Of a stretch of DNA of 64,000 bases, positions 63,405 to 64,000 are shown in pieces; position 1 is the first letter of the stretch, and each line of letters opens with the position of its first letter. The DNA is taken from assembly GCA_963755165.1 (NCBI GenBank), contig CAVWIT010000002.1, positions 799,730-863,729 on the forward strand, in the 5' to 3' direction. Origin of the DNA: an uncultured Solirubrobacterales bacterium (GTDB taxonomy: Bacteria > Actinomycetota > Thermoleophilia > Solirubrobacterales > Solirubrobacteraceae). The notes under the pieces were generated by a model. That model had not been told where the DNA came from and did no database searches. It saw nothing but the letters and a program-made list of their open reading frames with translations. The position numbers were made by a program, and so were the translations under genes.

Positions 63405-63438
63405 GAGCTGAACTGGCGGATGAGCTGAACTGGCGGAC
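63405..63438. repeat. Tandem 17-bp direct repeat GAGCTGAACTGGCGGA(T/C) x2 in the PKS/sulfotransferase divergent spacer
   Basis: Copies at 63405-63421 and 63422-63438, identical at 16 of 17 positions, 48 nt upstream of the PKS start. A nearby GCCTGACC occurs twice (63451 and 63474). Confidence 0.7.
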
Positions 63439-63660
63439 CTGCGAGGCTTGGCCTGACCCTCATAAGACGTGTAGCCTGACCTGAACCCTAGCCGCAAAAA
63501 ACCTCGAAAACCGGCAAAGATGCGGCGTACTTATGGATTTATTCATGTGGCACGCTGTCGATCTGCTGCGATTGCGTCTGCCGTCCGGGAGCGAACGTCC
63601 CAGGATCCAACCGTCCAAAGGACGTCGCGGGAGTTATGCGATGTCGAAGGAGCCATGTAC

Positions 63661-64000
63661 ATGAGGGTGATAGGAGCAGGTTTGCCGCGTACCGGCACGC
63701 TGACGCAGAAGCTGGCGCTGGAAGAGCTGGGACTGGGGCGGTGCTACCACTGGGTCGATGTGCTCGCCGACCTCGACCGTGGGGTCGAGCTGTGGGATCG
63801 CGCGCTGGACGGCGAGGCTCCCTGGGAGGAGGTGTTCGCTGGCTGCGACTGCACGGTCGATTGGCCCGGGGGGTACTTCTACCGCGAGCTGATGGACTTC
63901 TATCCCGAGGCCAAGGTCCTGCTGAGCGTGCGCGAGGAGCAGGCGTGGGAGCGCAGTTTCCGGGAGACGATCTGGACGATGTGCTTCGGAGAGTCGCTGA
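63661..64000 (+). CDS. Sulfotransferase-family protein, 3'-truncated by window edge
   Basis: GAAGGAG RBS 8 nt upstream. MRVIGAGLPRTGTLTQK... is a P-loop-like PAPS 5'-phosphosulfate-binding motif. The ORF is open to the window end. Confidence 0.65.
   Translation, partial: MRVIGAGLPRTGTLTQKLALEELGLGRCYHWVDVLADLDRGVELWDRALDGEAPWEEVFAGCDCTVDWPGGYFYRELMDFYPEAKVLLSVREEQAWERSFRETIWTMCFGESL

Noticed and set aside
63405-63438. CRISPR-like array.
   Set aside because: There are only two abutting 17-bp copies without spacers, and no cas genes. Nothing elsewhere in the window resembles a repeat-spacer array.

Overview
High-GC (about 70% by eye), gene-dense chromosomal segment from an Actinomycetota-like bacterium. 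Some protein architectures hint at Thermoleophilia or Solirubrobacterales, but that is a low-confidence inference. I support about 60 protein genes. Spacers are short and there are many ATGA, GTGA or TGATG start/stop overlaps. I recognise no rRNA, tRNA, CRISPR, transposase, integrase or phage genes. Most long ORFs in the track that lie antisense to these genes are high-GC shadow frames.

Gene order:
1. CysO-type cysteine pathway: E1, CysO, CysM and a JAMM protease, split by an antisense GMC oxidoreductase.
2. GGDEF-EAL protein and a DUF1802-like gene.
3. Hydantoinase/oxoprolinase A/B operon led by an unknown Cys/His protein.
4. nadB plus two coupled zinc-ribbon proteins and a glycosyltransferase.
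5. Housekeeping block: murI-rph-rdgB, hup, pyrF and a PfkB kinase.
6. LolA-like protein plus ABC-2 exporter, cytochrome c, glnA and a DUF255 thioredoxin-domain protein.
7. Two tandem secreted S33 hydrolase paralogs.
8. ridA and a MarR/MFS pair.
9. Acyl-CoA block spanning 33.7-53 kb: AMP-ligase, ACAD, an SCP2-like protein, a mono-cluster ferredoxin-like gene, split SucCD-like ligase genes, a Chloroflexus-type malyl-CoA lyase, a MaoC hydratase, pckG, a B12 mutase, meaB and ccr. This looks like an ethylmalonyl-CoA / malyl-CoA module.
10. A low-GC vWA surface protein, dipZ and clpS.
11. A ygfZ-MFS unit.
12. A small low-GC islet with two 2-TM proteins.
13. Aquaporin and a histidine phosphatase.
14. 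F420 genes: fbiC, cofE and cofC.
15. A type III PKS divergent from a sulfotransferase that is cut by the window edge.

I see no clear-cut new system. The most unusual sequence-level signals are:
- Two AT-rich islands that share an 11-nt motif and bracket the sucD-like/ferredoxin unit.
- A 22-codon ORF that duplicates the N-terminus of the ferredoxin-like protein.
- The palindrome-headed small-membrane-protein islet at 56.4-56.9 kb.
- The unknown 130-aa gene coupled to ccr.
- The PKS/sulfotransferase divergent promoter with a 17-bp tandem repeat.
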